64,000 bases of DNA. It comes from Proteromonas lacertae. Its lineage: Eukaryota. Under the pieces are notes generated by a model. It was not told the DNA's origin. It did no database searches and saw only the letters and a list, made by a program, of their open reading frames with translations. Shown piece by piece: positions 62,707-64,000 of this stretch; the first letter of the stretch is position 1; each line of letters opens with the position of its first letter. Both the position numbers and the translations under genes were made by a program. The stretch covers positions 434,001 to 498,000 of the forward strand of contig NGBS01001160.1 in the NCBI GenBank assembly GCA_002245135.1, given 5' to 3'.

Positions 62707-63607
62707 ATGTTGAGTGAAAAATTGTTAGAAGAAGAAAAAACATTTGTACCAGTCAAGAATGACGCTAAGGTGCCTATGGTATATGAATATAATAATTGTG
62801 TTAGTATTCTACTGAAGATTCTTCTCATGATTGTTGTCCTAACTGTTTATCAGGATTATTAGCTGCTGTTACATGTCCTTTTATGACATTTTTTGGTTAT
62901 CCTAAGGTTGTCAATGTAAATGAAGTATAAATAACGTCATTTATATTTTATAGAGTGTTGTTGTACAATATTGGGGAAAACTCTATCGTGAAATCAATAA
63001 GCCAGGTATTTATTGTTTAAATCCGATGGGAATTAAAGAAACAAGAGTGTCAACTAAATTAGAGAGTATAGATTTACCCAACGTTAAAGTGGCTGATGCC
63101 AAAGGAAATCCTGTTTTAGTTAGTGGAATTGTCAGATATCGAGTAACAAATGCAATATTAGCATCGTTAGAAGTTGAAAACTATGCGACATATATTCTTA
63201 ATCAATCACAAGCTGCAATGAAACAAATATGCTCTCAATATCCCTATATGGCTGATGAAAATAAACCATCATTAAAAGGTGAAACAAAAATGATTCAAGA
63301 TAGAATGGTTAAAACACTTCAAAACGCTGTATCTGATGCTGGAATTACTGTATTCGCATTTGAATTGACTGATTTATCATATGCTCCTGAAATTGCTTCT
63401 GCAATGTTGGTTAAACAACAAGCTGAAGCAAAAGTAGAAGCTAGATACCTGATTGTACAAGGTGCAGTTGATATTGCCTCTAAAGCCATAACTGATTTAG
63501 AAGGAAAAGGTTTGAATTTCAGTCAAGAAGAAAAAACAAGAATGGTCAGTAACTTGCTTTCTGTTATTTGTAGTGATAATAGTGTTCACCCAGTTATTGA
63601 TGTTTAA
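62707..63607 (+). CDS. SPFH/Band-7 domain protein
   Basis: KVADAKGNPVLVSGIV, LTDLSYAPEIASAMLVKQQAEA, IVQGAV, MVSNLLSVICSD. Confidence 0.9.
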
Positions 63608-63716
63608 ATATACATTATATTTCATTATATATCATTATATCTCTATGTTTTATTGTTTTTGTCATTTTAGATTTAAACAAGCCAAAACAAACATCTCATT
63701 CAATTTTATTTTGAAA

Positions 63717-64000
63717 ATGGAATCAGAAGAAGAGTATGATGGGATTTTAATTGATAAAACTACTGACCAACAATTAGTTGAAAAGAAAGCAAATAAAAAG
63801 AAGAGAAAAATAAAGAAAACAAAGAGTAATGAAGAAACAAACCCAAAGAAAGCTAAAATTGATAATAGTAACAAAGAAATTAATCAGAAAGAAAAACATA
63901 AAAGACCATTTAGAACTGTATCTCTAGCAATACCTTCAAGTATTCTTGATTCTTGTTTATCAATGGAGTTACAAACATTAGTCGTTGGACATATTGCAAG
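63717..64000 (+). CDS. SPOUT1/C9orf114-like methyltransferase, 5' part (runs off the window)
   Basis: Basic N-terminus, then TVSLAIPSSILD...ELQTLVVGHIA matches the family N-terminal motif. Confidence 0.8.
   Translation, partial: MESEEEYDGILIDKTTDQQLVEKKANKKKRKIKKTKSNEETNPKKAKIDNSNKEINQKEKHKRPFRTVSLAIPSSILDSCLSMELQTLVVGHIA

Noticed and set aside
1..64000. Stop codons created by polyadenylation, as known in human-associated Blastocystis
   Set aside because: GT-rich elements (e.g. TGTTTTGTTTGTTTT at ~6772) follow many genes, but every gene end I reconstructed has a genomic stop codon.
1..64000. Alternative genetic code or selenocysteine readthrough to explain the fragmented ORFs
   Set aside because: The breaks are explained by short GT-AG introns or single-base indels. 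I found no in-frame stop at a conserved residue, and both Prx active sites use Cys codons.

Overview
Very AT-rich, gene-dense eukaryotic nuclear DNA. It holds about 38 protein genes broken by many tiny GT-AG introns (mostly ~25-40 nt) and one tRNA-Leu(TAG); intergenic spacers are often under 120 bp. The intron size, the GT-rich elements after stop codons and two Sig1/Ocm1-like mastigoneme-type genes point to a stramenopile, probably Blastocystis-like (inference only). The genes I could reconstruct carry genomic stop codons. The most striking locus is a half-Dicer on the minus strand (53414-57098). It has three N-terminal dsRNA-binding domains fused to an intact Dicer-type DECH helicase and a DUF283 domain, and it stops right after DUF283 with no PAZ or RNase III. 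Other notable points: two U12-type introns that restore the frame best with AT-AA ends, a peroxiredoxin gene nested antisense in a 976-nt intron, an F-box/TBC fusion, a stand-alone CENP-B/pogo HTH gene, and flagellum-linked families (CFAP97-like, TPPP, mastigoneme-like). About ten single-base frameshifts in otherwise intact genes are most likely assembly indels. All gene models were spliced by hand, and family calls come from motif recognition, not database searches.
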